DNA of 64,000 nt. It comes from Ginglymostoma cirratum (taxonomy: Eukaryota). Both the position numbers and the translations under genes were made by a program. Positions within the stretch are counted from its first letter, which is position 1. Each line of letters opens with the position of its first letter. The notes beneath the pieces were generated by a model. The model searched no databases. It had not been told where the DNA came from and worked only from the letters and a program-made list of their open reading frames with translations. The stretch is taken from contig JAHRHZ010000087.1 in the NCBI GenBank assembly GCA_024137785.1, forward strand, positions 19,510,029-19,574,028. The letters are read 5' to 3'. Shown here piece by piece: positions 1-15,264 of this stretch.

Positions 1-3000
1 TTATTAATTGCTTCCATATCGTATGGTGACGATTGCTGTAAGTTGTTCCCTGTTTTGGGATTCATCAGGATATTATTGTTTTTCCAAAAAAAATCAGAAT
101 AACGTCGAACTTTTATTCTCCAAAGCAGTTCGACTGAAGATTGTCTTCTTCACACACTTCGTTTTTATTCTAATCAGCAACTCCTGGATCACATGGTCCA
201 GGATTATGTTGACTGTTGGTCGTTTACTTATCTGGTGAAGATTTTTTTTTAAAGGAACTTTTTAAATGTTTTTTTTAAATACGTAAACTATCTCGTAAAT
301 AGTATCTACGAATTCGGTTGAAAATTGAAGGTTATTCAGACTTTATCTGCTTGAAGCAGGCAGTGACTTGCTGACTAATACCATGACGGTATGGTTGGGG
401 GTTGTTAGAGAAAAGGTATCAAGCACAATGACATGACAATAGCCTGAATGCCTTCACGCCATGTTTAGACATGTGTGCTGAAAGTCCCTTTTGAACTGAA
501 TTGTAGTTTTTTCTCCCCCCAACGTAATGAGGAAAAACGTATAGAGGTATTTAAAAGTACACTCATTAGCCCTATTTGGTAGAATGTAACTTACTGCTAA
601 ATACTTGTATGTTGCAAAAAAAGTCTCCATATTTCTTTTGTTCATTCTTGATTGCCTTCTTGTAAGAATAGAAACTCTGCTATAGAATGTTAAACTATTG
701 AAATAACTTTATTTAGTTTTATTTTCAGTTCTGTGATTATCTTAACGTTTAAATAAAACGTTGGATGGAAGATCCCTTTTAAATTGCAATTTGTACTTGT
801 CCAATTTAATATTGGGGAATAGAAATGAAAAAGTATTTACATTTTTGTAATAGAAATGATTATTTATAAAATTACTTCAAGCACAGTACTAACAGGTTGT
901 CTCAGAATACATTTCACCCTAAACTAAGGGACGACACTGTGGATTGGGCTAATAATTAGTTACTAATTGACTGACTGAAACCAGGACTGCTGGACAAATG
1001 TTCCCTGGCAAGGAATAAAGTACTTGGTCAAGCTTACCTGAAATGAGAGAGTAGAAAAGTTCCAAATAAGTTGTTGCTTTTGTCTTTTTTTGACTTTCTC
1101 TCTGCAACCTTGATTGGAACTTTTAGTCTTTTTAACAAAGGTCAATGGCAGCTAGCTGGCTCTCCTTCAGGGACTGAATGTTTTTGAAAATGTCTCAAGG
1201 TTGATTTTTTTTGTGTACTTTTTGCAATTGGCTTGCTTGATGTGTTTAATTGAAATGTTTGTTTTAGGAATAGTGGGTTGAGATTTCAATACTATACTTG
1301 ATTGCTGACTGCACACTTGCAGTACAGATGAAAGAGCTATCAAGTAACTCAAATGGCATTCAATGGTTTCTATGTTCAAATTTTACATATTTAGGCTATA
1401 TATTTCTATCACCATATCAAATTAAAATGACTTGGACCAGATAATTTTGTGTTTAAATAAAGAAAATATAATGCCTAGGGTTATTCCAATGATTCCATGA
1501 ATGAAAATGAGCTGTTTGGTGTTTTAAAAGGACCTTTGACCACTGAAGTTTTGCAATACATGAACTTCAGCTTCTGATCTGCACTCTGTTGCATACCAGT
1601 TCTTCAAGGGAATCATGTCAATTTAAAATCTCATTGAAAAATAATCTAAGGAGCTTTAGTAACTAATAGTACTGAAAGATATCACACCAAAAACAAATTA
1701 TTGGATGTGAGCAATTGTAAGGATTTTAAATAATCATAATTCTGCAGTGAGAAAATGTACCAGGAAGTGAAAAACAGTCTTTATCTTGTGAATTCAGTCA
1801 TGTGTAATACAAAAATGGTAAAGCCTTTTGTCCCTAAAATGGTATAGCTTTTCCATTTCCTTTTTTAAATGACTTAACATTTCTGTATATCCCCTTTTCA
1901 ACATGTGTAGAGGAAGTTCTTGGGCATTTATTTTATAATACTAATGCTTCAAAAATTAGGCTACATACAGAAGACAACAGGATTTTGTAAGCAAGCATTT
2001 TAGGCATTGTATTGATTCTCAACTGTATTTCAGAGGGGAAAAAAATGCTTCAATGGCAGGTAGTCATAACTTATCTTCCTTACCACCACCACAACTCTAA
2101 AGTTGAGGACTTTTTCCAGTATGATTCATTGATCAAGGAAGTGCTGCATTTGTTTATCATGATGTTGGAACTGATATCCTCCACAGGCAGAATAATGATC
2201 ACAGCAGCACTATTGTTTCAGAAGCCCTAGAAAAGGTTCTGAACCTCGTATATGGTGGGGAATTGAAGTGTTGGCTTTTTTTGGCAGTGAATTCAGTTGG
2301 CCACTAGCCTTTGTTTAACTGTTATCCTTTTGATTATTCAAAGTTCTGCAATTTGAGATTTTTTTTCAGGTGAAATATAGCAGAACAACTTTTAATCTTA
2401 TGTCAGCTGTATGCGGTTGCATAATAAAGATCCAAATCTGTTGTTTTTATGTCAGCTTCTTGCAAGTTCATTGTAAATATAAATTCCTGGTTTCCTGCTG
2501 AAAAGTAATATTTTACAATTGAGAAATCAAGGCTTCTAAAATGGTCTGAGTCATAAAGCAGAATACAATTCAGTATGGTAAGCAAAGTATGCTTTCTGTT
2601 GTGTGGTTTTATATGCTCTCTTCAGTCTGGGTTTTGTTATTGTATCCAAGTACAGTTGGTTTTGTAATATCTTGTAGCAAATACTTTGAAACAGCAATCA
2701 GCTTTTGTTGAAGGTGAGACTTGTAAAACACCAAGGAATGTGTGGAATCAATTTTACTGCCTGTTAAAGTACAGTTCTTTTATTTGAGGATGATTTGCCT
2801 ACAAAGGAAGAAAAAAGTTGTGTGCAACCTGATTAAAGGCTTCTTTTTGAAAACAGATACTTTGTTAGACACCTTGCTTTTCATATTTTTTTTTACAAGA
2901 AACAAATTTCTAAATTGCCTGATTTGTGCAGGCTGTTATTTAGTGGGTGCTTTGTATAAGTAGAAGTGGTTACTAGGCTAGTGGCTGTTTCCCACCCTTC

Positions 3001-6000
3001 CTTTCAGAGCTGATTTTGATATACAGGCAGCCTCCTGTGTTGTGCCGTTAAACTAAAAGCCACATCTGTCCTTCACATTAGGCATGTCAGACTGCCTGTT
3101 GGGCTTGTGGATTGTGACCTTGATGACTTTGTACACTTATTGAAAAATTTAGATAAGTCTTTACTGGTTATGGATTGCTTTGATGTTAGTATTACATGTA
3201 CATCCTGTATCACATGGGGTTGTTGCACTTAAACAGTTCCTTAAATTAGAGACTTAGACTATTGCCTTTTAACTGCCCTAGATCATGTTTTGTAGCAGTA
3301 TGTCTCTTCGTAAGCAGTTAGTGGCTGGTTGTGATGTTATTGCTTTGTGCTAGTTCACCTTGTACTGTGTGTTCCAGTCGATCTTGCTTTAATAACTTTT
3401 TTTTTAAAAAGTGTCCATTTAGTGTTTTAGCTGCCAACAAATTGAAAGAGCAACTGATAAATGTGCAGTGAGTGCAATATTCCTGTAATGTTAAGATTTG
3501 GTTGATTAAACTTCTGCTCTGCTTCTATTTTTGTGGATAAAACAATAGGAAATTTATATCGCAGACAAGAAGCAACCCCACCCACTTTTCTATTTGGTGA
3601 AATGACTTGTGCAAACTGCATACAGGTTGAACGAGGAAAAGAACCTATTAAACTAATTGCTTAAAATGGCTTTTTAAAAAAAATTTCTACTAGGGTTCAA
3701 TCTTGTTTATGACTTTCCTCTAAAGTTGCACCTTCAAAACATGAAGGTGATTGGGAGTGTACTAAAACCTCTGCAGGTTACACATGTAGTACAAACGAAT
3801 GAATTACTGTGTAGTTAGTGATTCTAATTCAGTCTTGCCATGGTAAGAAAAGGAGTGTGATACATGTCATCCAGTACTTAAAATATTCAATAGCAATAGT
3901 GGATACTTCGCCAATAGCTTATTTGATAAAACTACTGCATAGTTGAGCCAAACAGAATTGGGATTAGGCCATTCTGGTCTAATTTTGTTTTCAGGATTTT
4001 CTTTGTAAGATTCTTTATTTTGTTAGACACTTGCTTGTGTATCTGTTGAATTGGTTGGGATCAACTAATTCAGCACAGGCATAAACAAGTTGACTGTACA
4101 AGTGCTTAAATTGACCTCTGCCTCCTTGGGTTATGGAGGGAAATAAAACAGTTTTTCTTATTTTTGATGGTGTCCAATAGAAAGTATGCATTTATAGATG
4201 TTGGGTAAGGAGTGGGATTTTACTGAACTGTGGTACTTCAACACGTTGGTAGTGAACACACCCCAAAAGAAACTGATGCTTTCAGAAGGGAGGAGTGGAT
4301 TGTGATTAAAAATTGTCCGACTGAAATAGGCAAACTGAAGTTTATTTATGCTTCACTTCCTTTCAAAACAACAATATTCCTGGAAATGGGCAAAAATATT
4401 TCCAGTAAAACTTATTCAAACAAAAACTTAGATATCTAAACCCTCTGTGATGTAGTTACTTGCAAATGAGGAAATTTAAAGAATAGATAATGCCTAAAAG
4501 TAAATAGAAAATCTTGATCAGTGGTGTAGACTTATTTAAGCATCCAGTTAATGTTTTTAGTCAGTAAGGTAGTTTTTATTCGTGCCCAGTGACCATTCTA
4601 CCTCACTACCTTTCATGAATGATGCCACCTCAAATACACTTTTCTCTGGGCAACAAATGTTAGTCACGTCAGCAAAACTCACATCCCATGAAAGAATTTT
4701 AAAAAAACTTGTCTAAATAACACCATTGTATCTTGACCTGCAGTAGCACTAGAAATGTTACTAGAAGGCACCAGCAGTACAAACTTATCCCATCTTGAAT
4801 TCTTCTGTCATACAAATGATAATGCTAATGGACACGTGAAATGCTGTTGCTTATAGTCCAATCATCATCACTTGTTTCTAAAAAGGAACTGGTCAAACAA
4901 AAGTCTCAAACAAACCACCTATGAGCAGCCACCAAGGTGTTTAATACAAGACTGCCAGCTGAGTAAACTTCTTGTGTTGTGATAAATCTATAGCTCCTGT
5001 GCATACTTGCCATTTATTGTACACTATATGTAATTCTAGTCAAATAGATTTTTTGTGTATTTCCCCTGTTTGAGTATCATCGCTTTTGTGTAGATATGAG
5101 CAGTAAAGCTGCAGATGTGACCACAGCGTTGCAGCAAATGTCAGGAGACTTTCTTTCTCTCTCAAATTAAGTATCGCTAAACCAGCAAATGCAAGTAGTT
5201 TTGTACCTTTTTTTAAGTCTTGCAAAATCTCATCCGTTTGCATCACAACTGAATTAGACTGGCATGGTAGCTTTAGGTTACTTAAACTTCCCTTACTGCC
5301 TTGATAGCAACTTCCTCTCCTATCCTTTTGATCTTCAGTTTCAGATATTGACTGCTATAACATTTTCTCTGCTTATGTGTAACAGCTTGCTCCCTCAGAG
5401 TTCTCTTTGCAGCTTTGAGATATTCTTACAGTCTGGTAGGCACTATATGCAAATGCTATAATCTCTTTTCCCAACAGTTAGAAACATTGAGGGTAATATG
5501 TTAATGGTGATTATGATGGCTAGAGCATGACCTGTCTACAAAGAAAGTAATAATTTCCTAGAAAATGAAAGACATAGGCATTATATCTGGTTCTTTTTTA
5601 AGAACCTTTTTTCCATGATAGATATGTTTTTAGATATTGGTGTTCTTAATGTTTAGTGTTCCTGCTCATTTTTTTTTAGATTTACAGTGAATCAACATTT
5701 CAAGCTTGTTCTCAGTAATATTCTGAAATTAGATTTTGTGCTGTGTCCTGACCTGAATGTGTTCACTTACTCATATCTGAGTAAGATTCCACAAGCCCTG
5801 TGCATTCTGACAACTTGCTTAGTGATTGGTTATTTACTGTGAAAGCTTATGCATAAATACTGGCAGATCATTTCATCATGGAGGATCTTACAACCAAGCC
5901 TGATTTTTAGATTCCATCCTCTCCTGATGGTCATAAAAGTGTAGTAAAAGGAGGAGTTGTTGGATCATAGTCTGGAGTTGTGACCCTGGGTAATTCTTTC

Positions 6001-6869
6001 TCCTAAGAAAACTAATTTCTGCATTCCTGCCATATCAATTGAGAAACCGACTAAGATGATATCCAGGGTATTGAATGATAAGTCATCTTCTCGGTCTGAG
6101 TAAACTCACTGAGCTAGTGTAAACTCATTCAGCCCATATAAATGTAAGTTGTTGGATAGTATTCAATAGCATTACATCCAATAGGACAGTAATTCAGTGT
6201 GTAGTAATTCACTCCTGTATGTGACATGGAATTTGTGGCTGTTGTGGACATGTGTAAGTGGTGTCCATTTAACAAGTTTCTAATTAAGTTTCCATGGTAT
6301 GTGGGAATCTCTGTCAAAATCAGCATTTGTTGCCCATCCCTAATAATAAATTTTGCTGAATGTAAGTTTGGTGTACGAGCATATTAACCTGCTATGTTTA
6401 CTGTTAATTCTGCACTTTGTTCGATGCATCTGAACCAGCATTTGAGGTGTGTACATTGGTAGTTTGGACCTTGCCAGCAGCAGAATCACAGAACTGCTTG
6501 GAGATTTAACTGTCAAAGTACCTGTAGTTTAATCAGTACACTTTTGGGAAGGTACATTTATAAATTAATAATATTTTAAATAGTTCTTAGAACTTAAGCA
6601 GTATCTCTACTAATTGCTCTGCCTTTAAAACTGTTCGATTTGGTTACAGTGTGAAGAGGAGTGACAGTATTTTTTTTCAAGGTTGAATTACTGTAATTTT
6701 GTAGAAAAGCTTTTCTGGTCTTTGAAAAAGCTGACAGGTAGGTTATACATCAGTGAGGGGCTTGTCACCGAGAGGATGTATGGTCTAGGATATGTTGCAA
6801 GATTGCAGTAACCGGTTTGGACATTGTCTGAACCATACTGGGCACAAGATGGTAGTGAATCTGTAGACT

Positions 6870-7077
6870 TGCTAACTGCAGAGGGCTGTTGTGGCTGGGT
6901 CATTGGGTATATTCAAGGCTGAGACAGACTGATTTTAATCAGTAAGAGAATCGAGTTATTGGGGGAAGAAATTGGAAATTGGAGTTGATTATCAGATCAG
7001 CCATGATGTCATTGAATGACAGAACATACACGATGGGCTAAGTGGCCTATTTCTCTGCTTCTATATCTTTATGGTCT
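6870..7077 (+). mobile_element. CR1-type LINE 3' end fragment
   Basis: Typical chondrichthyan CR1 tail: TATATTCAAGGCTGAGA...GATCAGCCATGAT..CATTGAATG...TGGCCTA.T..TGCTTCTATATCTTTATGGTCT. Confidence 0.7.
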
Positions 7078-8890
7078 CACTCACTCTCTTAAGATTGCAT
7101 TGACTTGTGGTGTATGCTGGTGCTGTTGTGAGAATGCCATTGTTTATTGGTTCATGGGCAGCAAAGTCTTTTAAGAAAAGCAAAAGGCTAAAAGACTGCT
7201 TTACGTTTGCGTTGTATCAAAACAGCTGAAATTGAAACAATGGATTGAAGCTACTTATGACCAGCATGTGATTTCACCCCCCCTCCCCCCACGGTGATTT
7301 TTGTATATCTTACACCACACGCAAGGTTACTGTACTGGCAAAGTGCAAATGTAGATATGTGCTACACTTAAACAAATATTATAAAATGATACAGTATAAC
7401 ATTATATTCATGAGCTTTTAATCTTATTAAATATCTTGTTGTCTTGAACCTCCTGCTGAGAGTCGGGAATAAATAGATTCTAGTTGGGGCTGTAGGGATT
7501 TGTTTGAGGTTGAGTTAGTGTTGGCCCACTAATGATGTAATTATTGTAATACATTTGACTGTGGTGATTTGAAAGGAATTTTGTTCTTGGGTTTTTTGCG
7601 GTGTGGTTGAAGGAAGGACAGTGATCGCAAAATGGCTCAAATTGTATTCTGAAATAAATTATTGCAGCACTGAACTCAGGGAGACTTGTTCTGGGCAAAT
7701 CATTGCAGTTTTTAATCTGTTGTTTTGTGTGTTGTCTTCAGTATGAAACACGTGGAATTGACTAATAATCTGAGGAAACAACTGAACTTCGCAAAATGGG
7801 AATTTTAGACCTAAGAGAAACTTAAACCTGACAACTTTGGAAGTTAAATTTGATGATGGATTTTTAAAAATCCTTTTTAAAGCTGTATTTAGCTGACTTG
7901 TCTGCATTTCACGCTGCAGTCTAAATGTTTCTATTGATTTTGTGAATGACCAACTGATGCCGTAGAGAAAATATTATTGAGAGTTGAACCACCAGGTGAA
8001 ACATCCACATGGTGTGATACCAAAAAAATACTATAATTACTAAATTTGATTTCAGTTCTACAATTAAGTAAGCAGCTCTTTGTAACAAAAGCACAATAAC
8101 GTAGTCTCTTGCATCCTTGGGCATTTGAGTAGGACAGGAGTAGGGAATTGGTGTGAAGGGAAAGCATGAAATAGGGCAGGTTTCTCCCTCTTGACTGATG
8201 TGCGGTAAGTAGAGGAGTGCAGTTGGTTGGGATGCTGTCAACAATCTGACTTGCTGACACCTGTGAGTATTGATCATAATGGGATCACGTGTGTGTGATT
8301 TTCCTTGAGTTCCATGTGGGGAATTACTTTTGCAAGACTAAATTAAGATAGCTTAGATGCACAAAAAGTTTTTGGAAGTCATTGTATGATGTAGAAGCTT
8401 GGCTCCTTCTGGTATGTATCAGCATAATTGGAGTTGAGCAACATTGACATTTTTGATAACTTGCACAATATTAGAAATGTGACTAGTATAATAAGAGAAG
8501 CAAAATGTATGTTCCCTCGGGTTCTTCATTCCTCTCCAGAAGGTATCGATGAGTATACTTTTTATTAAGTTGAAGATGCTACTAATAATTCAGTGATACC
8601 TTGCTTGAACGAGTGTCCCTCCCAAATTCATTTTGGAAGAGAAGGGATGAATCTCAGCTGCACACCTACTCATGCAGTTGCCATCACTCATCAATGCTGG
8701 CTCTGCACATTGAGGATTTATTTTGAGCTGGTCTTGGTTTACGTGGCGAAGTATCATGTGTGCATTTTATTTGTGATCAACAGTATTATTGCAAATATAG
8801 AATGCATGAGTATATTTAATTTTATAACCATGAAAATAAGTTGAGGATTGTCAAGAGTTCTTGATTTTCTGAGTTGTTAAATGGCCAATT

Positions 8891-9088
8891 ACATAGAACA
8901 TAGAACAGTACAGCACAGTACAGGCCCTTCGGCCCTCTATGTTGTGCTGACCTATTATCCTACTAAGATCAAACTACCCTGCATACCCTAAATTGTACTA
9001 TCATCCATGTGTCTATCCAAGAGTTCCTTAAGTGTCTCAAGTATCTGACTCCACTACCGGTAGCGCATTCCACATGCCCACCACACTG
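8891..9088 (-). mobile_element. CR1/HER1-type LINE 3' end fragment
   Basis: ACATAGAACATAGAAC tail repeat, then ACAGGCCCTTCGGCCC...GCATTCCACA, which is the reverse of a CR1 3' end. Confidence 0.8.
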
Positions 9089-9814
9089 TGTTAGAAAGAC
9101 ATTCTCTGTAAAATTACATGATTGGGTAACTCATTTCTTATTTTGGTGAAACTTTCAGAATTTTCTTTGTCCTTTATTGGTTTTCAGTTTGTCTATGTAA
9201 CTTTAAAAGTAATACTTGCATCTTGCAATGTGTAATCAGTGCAATGATTCATTGGTGTTTATCATTGGTGCAAATGTGCTAACCTAGAAGTAGCACATCT
9301 TCTGGTCGTTCTTTATCATTACAGAATGTGGCACGACAGAGCGTAGCACCTGTCTAACCAGTTGTGTATTTTTTTTTGATTTGAAAGGTAATTGATGCTT
9401 GTTTAGGAAATATCATGGACACAGCTGAAGTTAACTCCACCCTGAATATTGACAGAAATTGAATTGAGTCCAGAGTTTAAATTGGTGAGTCTGATTATAA
9501 GATTTAAAAAGCAATAAATACATACTGTTTCCTCTCCTGTGGCTGGTCATTATAGTCAATCAAGCCTAGCCTGTGTATCTGCATTCATGCCAACCTGGAC
9601 TTGATTTACAAGGAAGCATGCTTGAAATACAGAAAGGTATTCATTTTATTTCCTCCCTTATCCCAATAACTTGAGTTATGCAGACATGTAACATTTTCAT
9701 CTGACTGAGTTTACATCTTGGAAGTTCTGACCAATGGATTGATATGCAAGGCTAGTTATGAGGTTGACTGCTACAGAAAGTATAACACCCATTATTTGGT
9801 ACAGTTTTATTTAT

Positions 9815-10100
9815 TAATCTAAAAATCCAGGTAGAGTTCTGGGGACTTGGGTTTGAAACCCGCCACGGCAGATAGTGGAATTTAAATTCAATAAAAAATC
9901 AAATCTGGAATGAACGGTGACCGTTCAACCATTGTCGATTGTCAGGAAAACCCATCTGGTTCACTAAGCCCATCCTTACCTGGTCTGGTCTACATGTGAC
10001 TCCAGACCCACAGCAATGTAATTGACTCTCAACAATTAGGGATGGGCAATAAATGCTGGCCCAGCCAGTAACACCCACATCCTCTAAATGAATTTTAAAA
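9815..10100 (+). mobile_element. tRNA-derived SINE family A
   Basis: B-box-like GGTTTGAAACCC, core CCCATCTGGTTCACTAA...CCTTACCTGGTCTGG and tail CAATTAGGGATGGGCAATAAATGCTGGCC. Homologous to the copies at 24185, 31712 and 62101. Confidence 0.8.
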
Positions 10101-12543
10101 ATAGGTTTGACAAACTCAAATCAATTTCTTCAATCTGTCTGCGTACAATAGTGGTTGCAGTCATGCTTGTTGAAGTTCTTCAGTGTGGGTGCTCCATGTG
10201 TTTCTGGCTTCTGTGACAGCTTGCCAATTTTGAGATGTTGCTGAAGAGTGTTATAGTGTTCTGAGGATTATGTGATCAACAAAGTGTACTTCTCTGAGCT
10301 ACTTGCACGATATGATGCTTTAATAAATTGCAGCCAATGACAGCTGAAGAGTCAGCAAAATGAATGGATACAGTGTCAGGAGATTTCTAGTATGTGAAGA
10401 TTACTGACATACTGTTACATGGTGTACCAGCAGAAGTGACTTTGATGCACTTCACTCTTTCTTTCTTAGGAAGCTAGAATACCAGGAAGTTTTGAATCCT
10501 GAATGCTAAAATCAGCTGAAAGCAGTGTATCTTGTTCAAGTCATGTCTATTCTTACAACAGAGCTAAATGAGTCAGTCTTTTTATTTTAATTTAATTTTT
10601 TTAGGATGACGATCAGGAATTATTAATGAGCCACTGTCTTTAATGCCAAACAGAATATACCGTATTTTCAGTGTTTTTGTTTGTGTGAAACCAATTGATA
10701 TCACATCTTGATATAATCCCAGAAGTTAAAATCTAAAGTAAGTCTATTGCTGACTACTACTTGGTGCACGTTTGTCCATCTATGTTCTGGCACTTAACTG
10801 GAGTATTCTGCCGTAATGAACAATGGGCTAGTTCCTATTACGGGTAGACAACAGTGCAATGTTGGTGCCACCCCAGACTGTTTTCAGGAATTGAAAAAGT
10901 TCAAAGGACTTAAACTTCCTTTCTTGGTAGAAACATGGTCTTTTATGTTTGGCAAGGCTGGCGTTGTCCAATTCTTGCTCTATGAGCAAGTGATGATTTT
11001 AGCTGGCCACCTGCCTTGCTGGATCACTTTGATGCAAAATTGCATGTCAAGCATTTTGGTTTGGGACCAAAATTACACGAATGCCAGATTTGGTCCATGC
11101 GTGAGGTTTCCTTCTCTGAAGGACTGTAATGATCTAGTTAAGCTTTTATAGCGATGCTTTGTGGTATCTATTTATTGATATCTATCGTTCCTTTAACAAA
11201 AATGAATTAAAAATTCTCTCTTCATTGTGGAATTTGAACTCCAGGTTATTAGCCCAGGCTTGAAGAATTTCAACCTTCCGAACAATGTATGAGCAGAAAG
11301 CAAATGTAATTAGTTCCCTAGCCCAAAATTTCAAATTGCCAAAATTTTATGTGGAATAGTACTAAAACAATTGTGTGTGCTGGTTTTGAATTTATGCATT
11401 TTATGCTTCAAGTTGAGAGTTGTTTGCTTTCTCTGTCCTCCATTCTGTCTTCTCTTCCCATGCTTTCTATTCATACTGTACCTGTTGAAATTAAAATTCA
11501 ATTCCTGATGGCTCACGTTGAATTTATTGCCTGCAGTAGTATTGAATGTATGGTTTCTTTACTGAGTTAGTTAATTGTAGTTGAGATTCTAGTGAAAACT
11601 CTACATTGGCTGCTGCACAAAAGGTTGAGAGAGGCAAGGCAGAGTTCACATGATTTATTAGCTAGTAACTTGTTTTGCATACGTGCATGCTGAATCTGCA
11701 GTTGAATTAAGCCATAGCACTTTGGAAGCCAAATAATCAGTTGTTAATGGTCATTGTCAGCGTGGAAACTGTATATGTAACTTTTTCTTTCCATCAGAAA
11801 ATCCTATTGCTTAACACTTAGGTTAGTTGTCCTTTATTGCAACTCATTTAGTTACTTGGAAAAACTAGCTCAGACAGCAGGTGAGTAATCGACAGATTTT
11901 TACAGAAAGTAGTGATAAATGAGTTGTGAGAAAAGAATGTTTGATAAAGTGCCAGGGACAGAGTTTTTTTAACAACTGAAGTTCTTGATTTAACCCATTA
12001 AAATTGGCTGTATTTGCAGTTACATGTGTATTCAACTCTTGATAATTTGAAATTACTTGTTAAACTGGATCGTTTAAAATCTTTGTCAGAGAATTGTGAA
12101 TTTGATTAGTCAAATCCTTTTATATGAGCAACTCTGGTGGAGAGCTATTCTGTAACTCCTCTAGCAATATGGAGTGCATTGAATCCTTCAGGATATTCAT
12201 TTCTGTGACTGAATATTATGCTGTGTGTTATTAACATTTCTTAAATTTTAAACATTTTAACCGTTTCTGTTAAACTAATAGACAAAGGAATTTTTGAAAC
12301 AGCTGTATGCAGTTGTTATGCCGTCTTAGTTTTGAAGTTGTGGCAGGAATTTGGAAACTCCATTTGGTCTTCACTTGAAAAAAAATGACTGCTAAGCATA
12401 AACCCTTAAATTCACTGCTTGGTAGGTTTCTAAAACGTCACACCTGGGTGATTGCTCCATTTTCGGTATTAGCTTATTTAATCATTTTCGGGTTTCATGA
12501 TGCAATTTTTCACGCTGTTACTTAACTCTCCTTACACTCAGCA

Positions 12544-12651
12544 AATATCTTCTAATCAACCTGTTCAGAGATATTATGACATACCTCTGGAGCAGGTGGG
12601 ACTTGAACCAGATTTTCCAGCTCAGAGGTAGGGACAGTACCACTGCACCAT
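12544..12651 (-). mobile_element. Short tRNA-derived SINE family B
   Basis: The reverse strand reads TGGTGCAGTGG (A box) ... GGTTCAAGTCCCACCTGCTCCAGAGG (B box). Homologous to 41161-41250. Confidence 0.7.
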
Positions 12652-14992
12652 ACACCTTCTCTACACTTTGTATACTTGTACCACTCACAATTGACCTGGA
12701 TTTGAGAGGATTTCCTTTTTGAGACATTTGAGCTGCCTACCTATCCCCACACGATATTGGGAATCCCCTGACTTCTGCTTGAGTTTTCAAATATCAGTCA
12801 TAGTACAGCAAACCATTGCTATCTGTTGAAGCCAAGATGGTGCTTTCAGACGGAGAAGTACATGTAGCATGCTGACTTTGCATTGTGTGCTGCCCTTCTT
12901 TTCTAAAAAAAAAGTATTGTTTGATGAAGGAGCAGCATTGTTTTTCTCCAGTTCAGTCCAGAGTTCATTTGGCAAGAGGTGTTCAAACTTGTTGTATAGG
13001 TGGGTGAACTGGAGCTCGTTCAGCCAGCCAGAGGACTTGAGCTAGAAGAGAACTTCTGTTGTTGGTCCAGTTTCTTAATTTGTCTAAAATGGTCTGTTTT
13101 CTTTTTTTCGGTAATTAAGTAATAAGTGAACAGTAGGTTACACATCTTTTGTAGTCTCATTGCATATTGTTTTCGTGGCCTGATACAAAGTCCAGTGAAA
13201 CGTTATTGAATACTTCTTTAAAAGGAACTATTTGGCATGTTTACAGCTCAAGTTAATTGGTCATATGACTTTTATCACTGCAACAATTTAGCAGTAACAG
13301 CACTGCACTACATTGGAAGAATTTTTCTTTCAATGTAAGTAGTTACTTATGCAAACAAATTTTGTTCAATGTTGCTACATTCTAGTTGAAGTGTTCTATG
13401 CATTTTAAAAAAGGTATTTTTTTCTAAAAGACATTCAGAATTGATCTATTTGCTTTAAGTATTGCATCATATTACTTAACTAGAAAATATAACCACAGAT
13501 GCAGTCCCAGTTACCAATTGCCATAAAACAATTTGGTTTGTTTTTTGAACAGTGTATGGCAATCTTTGCTTGTGTGGGGAGGAAGGAATAGAACTATCCA
13601 CTTAAAAAAGAATTCCAGGAACTTCCATAGTTGTTGCTGTCATCGTCTAAAATTTCACTCTACAAAATTTTTGCCAAATGGGGAAGTATCGACGACTTCG
13701 TAGGAAGGGATGTCAATAAAATACCTCTGGTTATACTTTTGGATTTGGGCCCTTATCCTTGTCAGTTTGCAAGCTCAGTTGCTTTTGCAGGAGTTCTGCA
13801 GTGGCAACAAAATAAGGCATGAGTTAGTGGTACAACCTGGGAGCTGGCTTGCAAGAAATGATAATTCTACTAAAATTTGAATTAATGTTAGACACAATCT
13901 TTTATTGTCAATTTGAACACAACTTAATAGCTTGTTACAAATGGAGGAAAATGATTTTGTAGCTGTGATCTTGAAGACCTGTGGGTTTTCATTTTGGCAG
14001 TTTTTCAAATCTGTATGCAGACATGCAAGACGAATTTAAACAGATGTAGCAGTCATTGTGGTGCTTCTCCCTTTACCTTTGCTTCCCAAATAATGCTAAC
14101 ACTAACAAGCGTTCCATTTAAATAAAGTATCAAATGGTTTTATTTTGAGGTTCTTTTCGACAGATCAGTCACCTTTATTTATTTAAGTCTGTTTAAGTCC
14201 CAGAATCATTTTCATCTTGTCAATTCATTTAATTTTTTTGTCAAGATTGATGGCCCAGCATATGCATTTTCATTTTACTGATCTTGCATGTCCTGCACAG
14301 GCTTACATTGTTCCTTTCATGTTCTGCATTAGTTTACTTTTCATTTGGACAAAGCTGTCTTGCTCTCCTGTTGAACAAAAACCTCTTGTTGGTTCAGGAT
14401 TATATGTTGCTTCCCCCGTAGCATTATCCTTCACCTGAAAGATCTGGCCTGTGACTCATCTGTGTAACATACAACCATTGGAAGCACAATACGGCCTTAT
14501 GATGTGACAGCCCTTTTAAAAAGTGGTACTTGTTTGTTCTAGTTGAGACTGCTGCATACATGAAAGTGGGTTATGTTCGGCACTCATTAATGTAATCTTC
14601 AAAATGTCTAGACTTTTTCTGTTTTGTCAGTTGCTTCTACTTGCTGTACCTGCCAGTATCCTTTATGATATTTACATACAGCCAGGTCGCTTATGTTTCT
14701 TGCACTACAATGGTGTCCACTTATCATGCAACTAACTGAGGTATTTAGACAGTAGGTGGTTCATCTGATTGATTGTGGAAAGTCTTTTAGTGATCCCTTG
14801 CGAGAAAGTAAATGTAAATATAATGCAGATGTTTTCAGTTGCAAAGCAGAAATAGGTTAGCAATTTTTAGAATCAGAAAATTGATATCCTTCTGAAGTAT
14901 AATCCATTCCTGAACGGGCATGTTTCATGTATGGACCATTCAGTTCTATTGAGGAATCCACATATGAGAGGATAGATGTTTCCTCCATAGAC

Positions 14993-15220
14993 ACTCACTG
15001 GTTGGCTGGATGGCTGGTTTGCAGCGCAGAGTAATGTGAACAGCGTGGGTTCAATTTCTGGCCGAGGTTACCCTCCAGACTTTACACTTCTGGCCTCTCC
15101 CCATGGCTGAGATGTGGTGACCTCCATGTTAAGTAACCACTAATTGCCTCTGCCTGTGCCTATCCCTCTCGTGAAAGAATAGCCCTATTGTCTGGTAAAA
15201 CTATGGCAACATTTACTTTT
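14993..15220 (+). mobile_element. tRNA-derived SINE family C
   Basis: GGTTGGCTGGATGGCTGGTT...AACAGCGTGGGTTCAATT head. A related copy lies on the minus strand at about 23590-23910. Confidence 0.55.
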
Positions 15221-15264
15221 TGATCCGCTGGTCTAATGGATAGTTTATTAAACGTTAAAATCAG

